From Octopus vulgaris (taxonomy: Eukaryota), in contig OX597816.1 in NCBI GenBank assembly GCA_951406725.2, forward strand, positions 174,158,001 to 174,222,000: DNA of 64,000 nucleotides, in the 5' to 3' direction. Shown one piece after another: positions 41,920 through 56,479 of this stretch. The notes under the pieces were generated by a model. It ran no database searches. It was given only the letters and a program-made list of their open reading frames with translations, and was not told where the DNA came from. The position numbers were made by a program, and so were the translations under genes. Within the stretch, counting starts at the first letter, position 1; each line of letters opens with the position of its first letter.

Positions 41920-42331
41920 TCTCTTTTACTCTTTTACTTGTTTCAGTCATTTGACTGTGGCCATGCTGGAGCACTGCCTTTAGTCGAGCAAATCAACCCC
42001 GGGACTTATTCTTTGTAAGCCTAGTACTTATTCTATCGGTCTCTTTTGCCGAACCGCTAAGTGACGGGGACGTAAACACACCAGCATCGGTTGTCAAGCA
42101 ATGCTAGGGGGACAAACACAGACACACAAACATATACACACACACTTATATATATATATATACATATATACGACAGGCTTCTTTCAGTTTCCGTCTACCA
42201 AATCCACTCACAAGGCATTGGTCGGCCCGGAGCTATAGCAGAAGACACTTGCCCAAGATGCTACGCAGTGGGACTGAACCCAGAACCATGTGGTTGGTTA
42301 GCAAGCTACTTACCACACAGCCACTCCTGCA
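41920..42331 (-). mobile_element. tRNA/CORE SINE copy
   Basis: Full-length reverse complement of the family. Confidence 0.9.
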
Positions 42332-42780
42332 CCTATATGTGCTATTTTTCTATAATCTTCTTTCATTTAACCAAGATATTTTAAATTTTGTTGCATTTCT
42401 GATGTCTAAGGATGGTTGTTTATGTGTATGACTCTTTTTACAAATTTTATTTTGGAGAAATGGAAGGGCACATTTAGCTTGTCTTATCTTACCCATATTG
42501 CCCTGCCCAAATTTGTCTTTTATATACTCAAAGAGAACAGTGATAATTTTCTAAAAGCATTCTGAATATATTGTAGGTTTTACTGCATTCAGAGAAGATC
42601 TTTGCTTTGCTTCTATAGTTTTGGCAATGTAGGAACATTTGTAAAAAATATATATACTTCAAAATCAAAAATGCAGTATGTATTACTCATTGTGCCCCAC
42701 CTTTCCCTACTGGATACTGGAGAAACTGACTTTCAGAAATAGCTGTTTGAATTTCCTGTTTTTATCTCTACCTCCCCACT

Positions 42781-42807
42781 CTCTCTCTCTCTCTCTCTTT
42801 CATACAC

Positions 42808-42895
<88 letters not shown>
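42781..42895. repeat. (CT)n(CA)n microsatellite
   Basis: Direct inspection. Confidence 0.97.
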
Positions 42896-42897
<2 letters not shown>

Positions 42898-44513
42898 ATC
42901 AGGCCTTCGGAACAGCAAGAACCAAAAAAGGGATTTTTTCCTTTTTTGTAATTTTCTGTCATTTTATCTTATTCTGCATTCTGAAACATTTATAACTCAC
43001 ATTGAAAGAAAAAAAACTCTTACCCGACTCTTCTCTCCTTCATTGTACTTTTCACAATGAAGCAAAAGTCAAACACCACAAGTGGATGTGTGGAAAACGA
43101 AATTTGAATTTTAAGAAGTGTATCTATAAAGCAACATTTTCAGTCATTTATTTAAACTTTCTCTGCTAACTCATCAAATTCAATTATATGAAATAAACGG
43201 GGCTTGAGATTTAAATTTGGTAATTTTCTAAGATTTTAATTCTTGTGTATAATGGACCCTCTAAACCTGAAGTGCTCTGGGTTCCCCATGGTTTAAATCC
43301 AGTCTTGGGCTGGGTATTCTATGTTCCATTTGATTTGATCAATAGAACACCCTGCAAGTTAAACTGATGTGCATGTAGCTGAGCACTCCACTAACACATG
43401 CACCCTTCAAGGAGATTCAACATGACATATCAAATATAACAAGGTTGGCTCATTAAACTACAGATACAATTCATTTTCGCCATCTGAGTGGACTGAACAA
43501 CATAAAATAAAGCAACTTGCTCAGGGTCACAACACACCACTGGGAATTGAACTCATGACCTTACGATTGTGAGCCAAATACCCTAACCACTAAGCCACAT
43601 ACACACACAAACACACACATATATACATTCACGTACACATACTAGTACAACTAGAGGAAACATGGAATTCATTGAGTAACGAAATAGACACTGTGTGACA
43701 TGCTAGTAGTTATAGATAGGTATAGCCTGGGGCATAAGGTGTTGGTTGTAATTATTGTTGATTAGCTTCAGGTTGGCCTTGATCATGCAGGTTTATGATC
43801 AAAGATATTCCAGTTATGACCTCTTTCTTCAAATATACTATAAGTAGGGCTACATAATCCAATGTATCCTTGTTAGGCAGAAGGGTGGGATTTAAGGGAA
43901 ATTTGGTTGATATTTCTAGCATGTTGAATAACTATGTACAAGTTCCTTTGTTAATACAGTTGCTACTATTGATGCAATTGCTGCAGTTTTATTGATGTTG
44001 TTGATATGTTTGCATCGTTGTTGCTATTGTTGATATTATGATGATAATGTTTTGTTGCTTGTGTTGTTGAGTAGCCCCAAATCAACTCAGATCAAGCAGC
44101 CCCATGTTATTCAAAGAGCCATTTAAACAATGAGGCATGACTTGCAGATCCATGTCCTCAGATTTGCCATGTCTTCATTTAGACGAGGGCCATGCAATAT
44201 AGCCCTCATCTATATGGAGTGCAGTTTGACAATCTGGACGTTTTGCACTCACTCCACTGTCCAGTCTAGTTCTGTGTGTCCATAGATTTTGTCGGTGGAT
44301 CCAGCAAGTAGGCAAGGTGGACTCAATCAGACTGTAATAGTTGCTGTTCCTCTGCATTTGTTGTTGGGAGTATTCAACCAAAGCTCAATGTTTGTGTTTC
44401 GTGAAACTATTGATATTGCAGCTATTTCCCTATGTTTGTGTTCCTTGTTTTTGTTCATGTTGAGTGGGAGAGATAGATGTAGTAGTGCTTTGAGTTGTTG
44501 TATGTGTGTTTGG

Positions 44514-46030
44514 CAGTGTTGCCAACTTAAAATCACAATTTTATGCTAAATTTCAGTAGAAAAAATACCAAAAAATGCTAAAAGATTCTAAACAAGAAAA
44601 AAAAATGCTAAAGATTAATATCAAAAAGCTTAATTTTTATTTACTTTCCTTAATTATATTCAGCATTGAGAAATAATCTCTTGAATTTCACTGATTTGAT
44701 CACTTTCAGCTGCAGTGCCTAAGTTTTGACTTCTTTATACATTCAAGGTCCCAATCTTGTTAATTATGTTTTGGAATAGCAAAGTTTTTGAAACATTTGC
44801 CATATCTTTTCAGGCCATATTTTATAGACAGTATTGATCTAAGCATAGGAAGATGCATTTTATTTTTCAATTTTGATTTGACTACACCCATACTACTGAA
44901 GAACCATTCAAATTCTGCATTTGAGTTTGGCAATGTCAATAGATTAATGGCAAAATTTGCAACATCTCTAAATAGGATTTCCTCCAGTAGCATCTTTAAA
45001 TTCCAAGACTTCCAGCCAGAATGCCTCAGTATTAGACATATTTGTCCATTTAACTAAATGAATGCTATTAAACTGAATTTCAATTGAAGCAATTTTTTCT
45101 TCATTTAAATGCATTTCTTCTAAGACAGGTAAAATTGGCTCTTTGAAATGCTGTAAAATATTCTCTACTAAAAAACATTTTACATTCCTCAGTATATTAA
45201 TATTTTCTGGCAAGCAGTACTTGAGCTCTTTATAAAGGAGAGTAAAAATTGTTGTGCTCTTTTGCAAATATTATTTTCTTCGGTGGCTGTTACAGTCTTC
45301 TTGATAATCATTTCTGCTATCTTTCTCTCGAACCTGTAGCCTAAATTTGGTTTAGGATCCAGAAAATTTTCAATAGGAGCATCCAGATCAATTCTACATG
45401 TTGGCAACACTATCATATTAACAACAGATTTGATCAAATTTGAAAGATCTTCAAGTAATTTTGTTTTGTCGACAGTGTTTGATTCAAACAGTTTATTCAC
45501 TTCCTGAACATGTTTTAAAATTGGATGCAAAAATAAAAGGTAAAGTTCATTCGTAGAATCACAAAACAATTGATGTAATGTTTGTGCTGTAAAGCCACAC
45601 TCAAGTGGTGTTTTTATGTGCCACCTGCACAGGAGCCAGTCCAGCGGCACTGGCAACGACCTTGCTCGAATGTTTTTCACGTGCCAGTAAGGTGACACTG
45701 GTAACAATCATGTTTAAATGACTGCTTTTTACATGCCACCGGCATGGAAGCCAGTCAGCTGCTATGGCAGCTAAAAAAATGTCTGATGTAACCTCTGAGA
45801 AAGGAAGTTGAAATGTTGTATTGTAAACATTCACTTTCTCTCAAAAAAGTTTTTAAAATGCTTCAACATCAAACCTCTGGATGAACATAAATTATGCAAA
45901 ATAGCGATCCAGCATTTTATGTTCTGTACTGTTCATTGCCTTAAACATGTCTTTTGTCCTCTTACCAAAAGTCTTCAAATTTATTTGTATACATACTCCA
46001 ATTCCTGGCTTTGCAAAATTTCCTGAGTGG
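44514..46030 (-). pseudogene. Decayed hAT-like transposase C-terminal half, with candidate TIR CAGTGTTGCCAACT at 44514
   Basis: NELYLLFLHPIL, EAFWLEV, FAINLLTLPNSNAE.E.FFSSMGVVKSKLKNKM (hAT dimerisation-domain-like). An RTE-UTR piece interrupts it at ~45590-45770. Confidence 0.8.
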
Positions 46031-47540
46031 TTAATGATTATATTCCAAATCATTCAAGTTGTTATAAGCAGTCTGTAGCTGCTTAATAATTAAGATAAGA
46101 ACTTCAGTGTTTCTTTCATCAAAGATCAGAAATTTTCTCCTGTTTTCAGGATCACACCCTCCAAAGATCCATAAGAACATAACAAGACTGAGGGAATACT
46201 GAAGAATTAATGTGGATTCAGAAATTTCGTGATGAATTGTTTTACAATTTTTAGAGCCAAGTTGCCATTGATCTTTATTCTTTGTAACTTTAAACATGGT
46301 TTTTATTTGAATAAATTTCAAAGCTTTCCTTAGGCAGAGGTAAAAACGTCTTAGATTAACTGTTGGCAATAATTTCAAAATGTCTTATTTGTCTGTTTTG
46401 TTTTCTTCATTTGTAGAATGTATTGTTTATAGTTCTTTAAATTTAAGTAAGATACTGATGTTCCTCAAATATCCTAGAAACATGATATATCTTGTGATAA
46501 ATTATTGATAAAACCAGCTGTAATCATTAGAGTCATTGGCATTCCATCAATAGTGAATGATTTCCCCAATGAGATGTTGAGACTCAGATCATGAGTATCA
46601 GAAGTGAATTATCTCTTTCACTGGTTTCTGTCTTCAGCTGTAATGGTTCAGTTGTAAGCTGGAACATAACAATGATAAATGTCTTCACATTAAGTTTAAA
46701 CTATTGAAAGAATAACAGAAAATTTACTCCAAGAGGATATGCTCACATTTCTCAGAAATCATTTTTGTTATCCACCAAAGTGAACTATAATAATTCTAAT
46801 CATAAATATTACCCCACAGGTAAATAGATAATTTGTTTTGCTTAAAATATCAGGACACATCGGATAATGAAGTACTATATACACTCTTGAGGTGGTCACT
46901 GATGAAACGCTTTGATAATAGGTCTGCTTGATCAGGACTAACAACACAATTGCCTCTTTGGTGTATTAAGTGTCGTCCAGCTCTAGAAGACGTCTAAGTT
47001 AAGCCTAAAACTATGTAACAAAAATATTCTTTTCTTCAACGAAATTTATCTAAGGATTTCAAGTTTGGTATATTCTTGTAAACCTGTTCAAATATGAATA
47101 ACAAGGGTGAAAAATAAACGAGTGTCACTCGTTTCTTTTATATTTAGAACTTGTCAAAAAAAAATCTATATAAAGAATATTGATTGCTGTCCGTAATTTA
47201 GATAACATGATCCTTGGTAAATGTTACAAAAGGTTTGTATAGCTTGAAATAGAAGGGGAGTTGAATGATGGCTTTGTGATTATCGCAGCTACTGTTAGAT
47301 GTATGAAGACCAAGTGGTAACCTTGATTCAGTGAAGAAATTGAAATAAAGGGATTTCTTGTAATGTCTCGCGACTCTTTAGGAAATGAATTAACAAAATT
47401 TGACTTGGAACTTCAGTTCTTTACTTCGATGTTAAGACATTTGCTGTCTTCCAATAGGCAATAATACGATCAACAGTAGCATCAATAATTGAACAAGTAG
47501 TAGTAGTAACAACATAAACATCACTTTACTTAAAGTCATT
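46031..47540 (-). pseudogene. Possible heavily decayed LRR/Toll-like-receptor-type pseudogene
   Basis: Hydrophobic leader MTLSKVMFMLLLLLLVQLLMLLLIVLLP, then scattered LRR-like pieces in shifting frames (SSYTNLL, YTKLEIL, DLSLNISLG, TSVSYLNLKN). Many stops. Confidence 0.28.
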
Positions 47541-50500
47541 AGTTATTCGATCAGGTAGCAATAAGCATCCGACCATGCTAGAAATACTAACACTCACACA
47601 ACACACACGGATGCAGATCTGATGGGATTTAGACGTAATAAAGAAGAGGGGGGAAAATGAAGAAATAGAAGAAAGAATTCAATGGCATGTTTGTCCATCG
47701 AGCTACCATCACATGATGTTTGAATAATGTCAATAAAACTCGATGGTGTTGGTCAGCTCATAAATAATCCTGCTGGGATGTAAACAGCCAAAAGAAAAGA
47801 GTTTGAAAAAGAGAAAGATAGAGAGTGTGTGAGTGACAGAAAAGAGAGAGGAAGTGATAAATGGCGGCAATAAGAGAGAACACAACATAACGCCATATAT
47901 ATATAAGTGTTGGAGAGGAATAAAACGAAGGGAAGAAAAAGAGAGTGGATGTAAAATGTAGAAAATAAAAGAAAAAAACAGATAACAGAGTATTAGACAC
48001 ATTTGGATGTAAGAACAAGGAGAGAGTGACAAACAAAAAGATAGTGATAGGGGGAAAAAAGCAGAAGCAATGTGGGAGAGAAATATAGTACCCAGAGTGC
48101 GTGATAGACAACACATAATACATACACACATCAAAAATCAAAAACAAAAAGGAAAAGGAAAATAGTGCAATGGACAGAAAATAGGAGCCATTTGTATGTT
48201 GAATGTGTGCGCGCCAGTGATGGAGGGATGCGTGGAATATAATTGATCATCTGCAGCAGTGCACGATCAACAGCAGAGCACTGCAGTGATATTGAGATAT
48301 GTGTGACGTCTTAACTGCAATATGTAAACAGCAATACTTGGTCCACACAAACTCCTTCGCACAACTCTCTGTCTAACACACACACTTTCTACATCTAATT
48401 CCAGTACATCTCTCTCTCTCTCCCTCTCAAAAGACAAGTTACAACCACTATCTTTCCAACATATTCTCTCTCTTACACTCTTTCTCTTTACATCCGTTTT
48501 TCAAACTCTTTAAACAGATGAATGGGCACACAATTACATAAACACCAACTCCACTACCATCACTCACTATTCGACCATCACTCTATTCATTCTTTCTTAC
48601 ACACTCATACAAACAAGCTCCTTTTCATTTCTACATCTATCTACACGCTCACCAACACGCTCTCTCCTTCCCGCTCTTTCTATCCATTTCACTAAACTGT
48701 TACAACTACTTTCACTTTCAAGCATGCTGGGTGCATTGTGTCTGCATGTTTCTTGTATGGTGGACGTCTGTATATATTAACTAATGTGTCTATTATTGTT
48801 AATATGTTAGTGCTACTCTATGTTCTTGTTAATATTGTTATAGTACTAGTGGTATTAAAAGTGTCTGTGTGTGTGTTTACACGATACTGTGTGTGTATCT
48901 GTATTAGTGTTTTGACATTAGTAAATGTGTTAGTATGTTAATAGCAATGTATTGGCACTTGTGTGTCTGTTTGCGTATTAGTGTTTTTGTATATTTTAGC
49001 AATAATGCGCTGTATGTTAATATACATTGGATTTAGTATGTGTATGTACTGCTACTATGTATTAGTAATAGTGTGTGTAAGCAAATGTGTATTATATAAT
49101 CTATTAGGATGTGCATTTTCTAGCCTTAACCTAGTTTCTGGTCAATTCAGCACTTTTAATTGTTCATTGTTCAATCGATGTTTGGATTGACTCCAAAACT
49201 TCGTCTTTCAATGTAATTCGTTTTTTGTATTTTGTTTTATTTTGTTTTAACTTAATTTTATGGGACTTCATTTTAAAAAATTTTTGCAATTTGTTCATAT
49301 TTCATAAAAGTTCAATTTTGTCTTCTGGTAAATTCTAGGCGATACGAGTTAACGAGGTTTCGATTTCCGATAGAGTAAAGGAAAAGGGCCTTCCTAATTC
49401 AAAGCTAGTTTATATCTCCAGATTTCTCTAGAAAATGTCTGTCATTGTTATTATTAACTGTTGCATATCCCAAGACTGGATTTTGGGGGATTCGCTTGTG
49501 CCACATTTCTTTTGACAATGGCAACATTTCTAATTAATTACTTCCTGTCTTTTTATTCTTCTAAATGCAATTAGGCTTTGCAGAATCTATAATTTAATGC
49601 TATTTGAACAATTTGTTCTGTTAAATTGAGTCATTGTTATTTTCATCATACTTTTTAATACTATTAGTTTCTTTTTGATTTGGCGTAAGATCTGTATTTC
49701 AGGGTTGTATGATGATGATCATCATCATCATTTTAATATCCGCTTTTCCATGTTGGCATGAATTGGACGAAATTTGTTGAGGTAGATTTTCTATGACTGG
49801 ATACTCTTTCTGTCATCAACCCTCACTCGTTTCTATGTAATATTTCCCCATGACTAGGGTATGCTTTCACAGAAGACTGGAAAGGAAGGACACTGCTTGT
49901 ATGACAGTGACACTTGCTTACAACTATAACATGTTGTCCAGGCAAGAATACAGTAATACACACACACATACACACTCACATACATATACTCATATACGAC
50001 AGGCTTCTTTCAGTTTCCATCTACCAAATCCTCTCACAAAGATATAGTAGAAGATATGGCAAGGTATCATGCAGTGGGACTCAACCAATAATTAGAACCC
50101 TCCCCACCCCACCCCACCCCCCACACATACATGTGTGTGTGTGTATACACACACAACACAGATACATACATAATTTATCAGTATTGAACATGATTTAATT
50201 ATAGCTTAGCAATTCTCATCCTTGTAACATTAACAAATAAGACCTCTCCAGCTTATACAAACATTAATTCTGAATTTGTTAAAAACTTTGAAAAACTGAT
50301 TTATTGTTCCCATCAAATACTAAGATTTTGTTGAAGCTATCTGATTATACCTGGTGGATCCAAAACAATGTTTGGATTTCAAAAACTATTTCCTAAAGCT
50401 ACCTTTACTCGGAACCATTTTCTTTCCTAACACTTAAATAAACATTTCAACTTCCATTTTTCTTCCTTTGCAAAAAGATTTAAGTTTCACATCCATAATG

Positions 50501-50675
50501 CAATTATATAATTATGTGGCCATTACCATAGATAACAGATAATTCCTCAGGTGAGACTAAAAGTACTGGATTTCCTTGAGAATATCTTGGAAAAGGTGTG
50601 GACACCACATATTTCATTCCTTATCAATCTGAGGTTGTAAGCATATTAAAGTCATCATTTTTGATTTCTTTCACT

Positions 50676-50885
50676 TAAACTCTTTAGCATTTAAACTGGC
50701 TATATCCAATACAAGTATTCATCTTCTTTTATTTCAAACCAGTCAGATCTGGCTTCTCTCACCAACCCTACAATGACATTTCAAAATAAACACCAACCTC
50801 ACTGAAATTTCTGAGCTACAAGATAATTAACTCAATGTGAATAAATAAGCATTACATTTAACAGAGTAATATGAATGTTAAGGAA
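50676..50885. mobile_element. Degenerate piggyBac MITE related to 56954-57174
   Basis: Shares CTTTAGCATTTAAACTG, CAGATCTGG..CCAACCCTACAAT and AGCTACAAGATAAT. Confidence 0.7.
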
Positions 50886-51079
50886 AATGTGATGTAAAGC
50901 TCACACTTTTTCCTAAAGACATTAGTGGTTCAAGTAAAATGAGATGTCAAGAAGGAATCAACTCCAGGTCACAGGGTAGCATGAACTATGCTGGGAGGTT
51001 TAGGTCTTATTCTAATTATTGATTTCTTATTCATGCCAATACAGAAAGAAAATGTGATTGTGAGGTGTAGTGTGGCTTT

Positions 51080-51440
51080 CATCATCATCATCGTTTAGCG
51101 TCCGCTTTCCATGCTAGCATGGGTTGGACGGTTCAACTGGGGTCTGGGAAGCCAGAAGGCTGCACCAGGCCCAGTTTGATCTGGCAATGTTTCTACGGCT
51201 GGATGCCCTTCCTAACGCCAACCACTCCATGAGTGTAGTGGGTGCTTTTTACGTGCCACCGGCACGAGGCCAGTCGGGGCGGCTTTGTGGGAAGAAATTT
51301 ACTTCCTGGCCATGTGATCCTGGGTTCACTCTCACTGCAAGCTACTTTGGACAAGTAACTTGCACTATAGCCCTGGGGTGACCAAAGCCTTGTGAACGAA
51401 TTTGGTTGATGGAAACTGAAAGAAGCCTGTTCTATGTATA
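51080..51440. mobile_element. RTE tail (minus, to ~51280) joined to a SINE head (plus)
   Basis: Similarity to the other copies in the window. Confidence 0.75.
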
Positions 51441-52610
51441 TGTCAGATCATTTGAAAGGTATTTTATCTCGGGTGCAACAGGTTACATGGAATCCAGTAC
51501 AACCTGTTGCATGGTTGGAGTGTTGGCAACTAAACCAGCACCTCCACCAAGTTGGCCTGGTGAGGTGGGTTACTAGAAATCCAGCAGGACTAAAAACAAA
51601 ACCTGTTAAAAGGACAGATGAATCGAATGTAAGTTCAATGACTATCTAACAATAACAGAGGCACTCAGAAATTCTGGGTTGGTGCCTAGCATGCTGAAAG
51701 ACCACTGGGAGTGAGGCACCACTCAGCTTTTGTTAAAACATGTCTCTAGGAGGTCACTCTGATATAAAACCAGATATGCAAAACATGGCATTGGACATTT
51801 TGGTAATTTTTGGCATGTGCTTGAGATCATGGGACACCCACATTCCTAAGCCTGCAAACCATATTGGCACTAGATATCTTACCTTGGTTTGTCTCTGGAT
51901 CATATCAATAGGGTAGAAAGGCTCTATGAGATGTCATGCAAACCTTATTAAACTGAAACTTTTGCACTGGCATTGCTGACTTTCTGCATGGGCATTGCTG
52001 CTTAATTTTATCTACACATTTTTAACTCTACATTTTTTAATTTCACACATTTTAACCTTACACTTTTAACTTTACTTTTTTTATAATTTTTTTTTTTAAT
52101 TTGAAAGTCCTGTGGTGATGGGAAGGTGGTGAAGCAAGCAGATCCGATAGGTTGGAAGCATTTGGTCAGTGACTTCCACTTAGGTGGTCCATATTAGATA
52201 TAAAGTCATCTCCTTATTACCCAAGGCAATGATGGGATTCAGTTGCTGCATGGGTGTCTGAGCAGTTCCATTTGGGGAGGGCACTGCTCATGCTGGAACA
52301 GTTGGGAATGCTGTGAAGCTGGCAAGGGTTGCCTTTAAGTGGGGAAAGTGTATATTATTAATGTGGTGCTCCTACGGAGGTGGGGTGTGTGGTAGGTGTA
52401 GCTGTGTCATATGTATAATTCTTTTCAGGGGTGTATAAATAAGCATTACATTTAACAGAGTAATCTGAATGCTAAAGGGTTCCGTAAAGTTATATAATCG
52501 ATTTGTTACCTAACACTCCATTGTATTCTTTACATGAAACTGATTGATGAGATCAGCCATGATGGATATTTAATACTATACATTTTAAATAATATATACA
52601 CACACACACA

Positions 52611-53004
52611 TCTTTATATATAAAAGTGAGGTTGTGTGCTGTCTGTCTCCTACGATTTAGATTCCTAACTACTCCCACATTTTGCGGTGCAGTTTAACCA
52701 AAACCGGGTATCTTATAGTCGTGATTCATATCGAGCCCTTCTGGGTATTAGCGCATGTCTATGATGAGTCTAAGATTTAAAAAATAACTTACCATCAATT
52801 TTTCCCATTTTTAATGCATTTTTGGCATATATAAGGGAAGTAACTCTCTAAAAATTTATTATTAAATCTCAGAACGTAAAAAGCTACAGTAACCCCCCCT
52901 TTGTGGTTAGCCATATTGAGATGGCTATTATACTTTACATCTCTAAAAATGCTTATATAGTTATTTCCCTTACAAACCCGAGCAACGCCGGGTGATACTG
53001 CTAG
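52611..53004 (+). mobile_element. Non-autonomous Helitron, copy 6 (subfamily B)
   Basis: A|TC...CTAG|T; alternative internal segment shared with copy 7. Confidence 0.92.
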
Positions 53005-53970
53005 TTTATACATATATTCATACATGTATATATACATACATATACACATACTGTTATGGGAGAATCCTGAACACCCCCACAGAACTGAAGGTGGACTAAC
53101 TGATTACAATAAATAAGAACTGAGTGAACTGTCAAGGAGGTAGTTGATGGTGGTTTGTTCAACAGTGTTGGTTAACTGTGTTAGTTCGACGTGTGCTGGT
53201 TTAACAGTCAGTAGTTGAACGGTGAATACTGAGTATCATACTTACATTCAAGTAGTTCAGAGTGCATTCTGGGTTAACATATATTTCTGCAATAGGTTAT
53301 TTTTTAGATAACCACAACTAACTATTTATTAGTGTAATACCATTTTACACCAGATGTATAAACCCATATCATAACATTTTTGGCAAGAAGATTATTACTG
53401 GACCAATTTTTGCTTAAACATAAAAGGTTTACTAACTTTAGTCATTGAATTACAGAAACAACAGCAACATTAGTTGTTGGAATTTCAGAAGCAACAGCAA
53501 ACTGTTAGTACAACTGATACAGAAGAAAACAGAAAATATATTTAGTTTGATCGAATTCTGACAAATAATAGAAATAAATAATTCTGACAAAATTAGAACA
53601 AAATCAGAAATCAACACTACAAAAAATATCTGAGGTATAGCGGAGAATAATAAACCTAAAGCATGATATGGAACAAATTGAAATGAAAAACTGCTCTCAT
53701 GTACAGTCAGTGTGACCAAAAGTAAGAAATGAAAAGCAGAAAATTAACCCATTGTTACACATTCATATCTATGTGTTTGCGTATGCCAAACTACATCCCC
53801 ACTCTTGGCACTATTTTGTTAGTGAACAGTACAAACTGTGTGTAAAGTATATAATGTATCACTACGCTGAATGTCGTCGTCCGTGTAACATGTAAAGCAA
53901 TAAACACGTAATAATAACAATGGTTTTCATTTGGTTGTCTTTCCCATTAGAACCCAAACTACACACAACA

Positions 53971-53988
53971 TGGTGGCAGCGGTGGGAT
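53971..53988 (+). promoter_or_regulatory. Primer binding site, tRNA-Leu type
   Basis: TGGTGGCAGCGGTGGGAT is the reverse complement of the 3' end of animal tRNA-Leu(AAG/TAG) plus CCA, recalled from memory. Confidence 0.85.
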
Positions 53989-54095
53989 AATTAATCGGAA
54001 ACTGTGCCTTTACAACGAAACAGAAACACAACGAACGAGGAATTAACAAACAAAACGTCGCTTCGTCTTAGGACAACAAAACACGACGATCCAGG

Positions 54096-56479
54096 ATGGC
54101 GACCCCCGTCGCCGTACAGATGAGTCTACATCCCATTATGAACTGGGATTCTAGGGATGTCGTAGAAGAATTTTAAAAATTCAAACAAAAAGCTCAACTA
54201 GCTTTCAAAAGTTTCCTGAAAGGTACAACTGACGATGAGAAGGTAAGCTATATCCTTTTGTGGTCAGGTAATAAAGGAATAGACCTATACAATAGCTGGG
54301 ATATGTCAGGATCGGACTGCAATAACCCAGACACACTTCTTGAGAAATTTGAGAGGCACCTAGAGCCCAGGTCGAACCATAGAATTCACAGATACGAATT
54401 CCAGGGCCTGAAACAAGCCCCACAAGAAACAATTGACAATTTCCTGTCAAGACTGAAAAATGTTGCTGAGAAATGCAAATTCAAAGACAGGTAGGAGAGA
54501 ATTGTAGACCAATTAATATGGGGGTGTGCCCACAAAGAAGTACAAAAATCCTTAATAGGTAAGGACGCTCTCCAGTTGGTAGAAGCAGTAGACACTGCAA
54601 GAGCATTCGAAGCCACTACCAAACAGATGGCCTCACTTAGCTTACAAACAAGCTCACGTGGTAGCAGTGTTGATACTATATCTAGGCACAGGACACAAAC
54701 CCACAAACAAAGAACATGCCAGTACTGTGGTACAGAGCATGAATTTAATAACCGGAAAAAATGTCCTGCATTCGGTACACACTGCAAAGGATGTGGAAAA
54801 CTTAACCACTGGAAAAAAATGTGTAGGGTAACAAAATCCCAGAGATACAAGCCCCAATTTTCAAAGAGGAACAGAAATAGAAAGGATATACATGCACAAC
54901 AACAGGAACAAAACACCTCAGAGGAGGAATTCTTGGCAATCGGCATAATAAATGTGCATGAGATGGGAAAGGACGACTGGAAGAAAGACGAGGCATACAC
55001 GACAATAAGAATTGAAAAGAAGGCCGGAAGCAAAAGAACAAACATTGACTTAAGGCTGAAGATAGACACTGGGGCCCAGAGTGATATCTTGCCTGTCAGC
55101 TTATACAAGAAGATGTTCCCAGAAAATATGACAGAAGAGGATAGGGTCAGGAAAGGAATCCTCACACAAAGTGATGTGGTCCTCACTGCGTACGGAGGTA
55201 CCAGGATTCCACAACTGGGGAAAACAACGATTAAGGGGACACACAAAGGGAAAACAATCGAGTGTACATTTTATGTCACAAGAACAGAAGGCCCAGCAAT
55301 TCTTGGACTCGATACCTGCAGGAGGTTAAATATTGTGTCGGTCAATGCTGAAGTGAAAGCAGCTCCAAGCAGGATTGACAGTGATATGCCTATCAAAGAC
55401 CGACCACCAATCACAAACAAACAGGAGATGGAAGGACCAAGCAGAAAGGTCCACCACATTGTAAATGTGACAACCGATAAGCTAGTGGAAATCAAAGAGG
55501 AAACCTCACAACAAAAGGAGGAAATGATATCTAGTGACATTCCAAGAAGGCCATGGCAAACTATTGGAGTAGATCTATTCACAGAGGGCCAAGAATGGTA
55601 TTTAATAATGGCCTGCTACTACTCCAAATTTCCATTTGTGAGAAAAGTGAAAGACCTGACAGCCAAAACAATCACTACAGTGGCTCGAGGACTCCTAGCA
55701 GAGCAAGGAATACCAGAGCAGATCATATGTGACAATGGAACCCAGTTCACATCACAAGAATTCAAAAAGCTAGCCGATGAGTATGGGTTCAATATTACAA
55801 CTTCATCTCCAAACTACCCAAAGGCCATGGGTTTATAGAAAGACAGGTGCAGACAGTGAAGAGAACACTAGTCAAATGCCGAGAGACTAAGGAAGACCCA
55901 CACCTGGCACTTCTGTCCCTACGAGCGACACCACTGAGAGCTGATATGAAATCCCCAGCAGAATTGCTGAATGGCAGGAAGTATAAAACTACCCTGCCAA
56001 CAAAGATCCAACCTCCTATTGACCAGGAAGAGACAAGGGCAAAGCTAGCAGCCACTCAAGAACAATCACAGAGGTATTACAACAAGCATGCACAATATTT
56101 ACCTGAGATGCTTGGAGGACATGTGCATACTCAAGATCCCATAACTAAAACATGGATCCCAGCAAAGGTTGTCAGTAGAGCTGAAACTCCAAGATCGTAT
56201 ATAATAGAAACGGAATCTGGTAGGCAGCTGAGACGCAACAGGGCCCACATCCGCCCAACACCAGAGCTGTCGAGGAAAACGTGTACAACACCTGCTGCAT
56301 TGGTGACAACACCCACAGAATCATCACCCCAACGGGCACCAACCACATATCAGCAGCCCAACAACACACCTCAGACAGGTGCGAAGCAAAAGATCCACCA
56401 GATGGAGAAAGAATATTCTGCCACCGGTTCGATACCATTAAAGAAAAAAAAAAAAGAAAATGAAAAGAGAGGTATCTAA
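54096..56479 (+). pseudogene. gag-protease-integrase core fusion lacking RT/RNase H; two stops and one frameshift
   Basis: ATG 54096 is in frame with ORFs 54258 and 54576 (stops at 54174 and 54492). CxxCxxxxHxxxxC knuckle, IDTGA, PWQTIGVDLF, CDNGTQF; frameshift near 55820 before the ERQVQTVK segment. Confidence 0.9.

Noticed and set aside
45400-45412. GTTGGCAACACT as partner TIR of the 44514 end
   Set aside because: It lies within transposase coding sequence that continues on both sides; no matching TSD seen.
51520-51580. HDV-like ribozyme at a possible RTE 5' end
   Set aside because: Only a simple hairpin is evident; the nested double pseudoknot could not be assigned.
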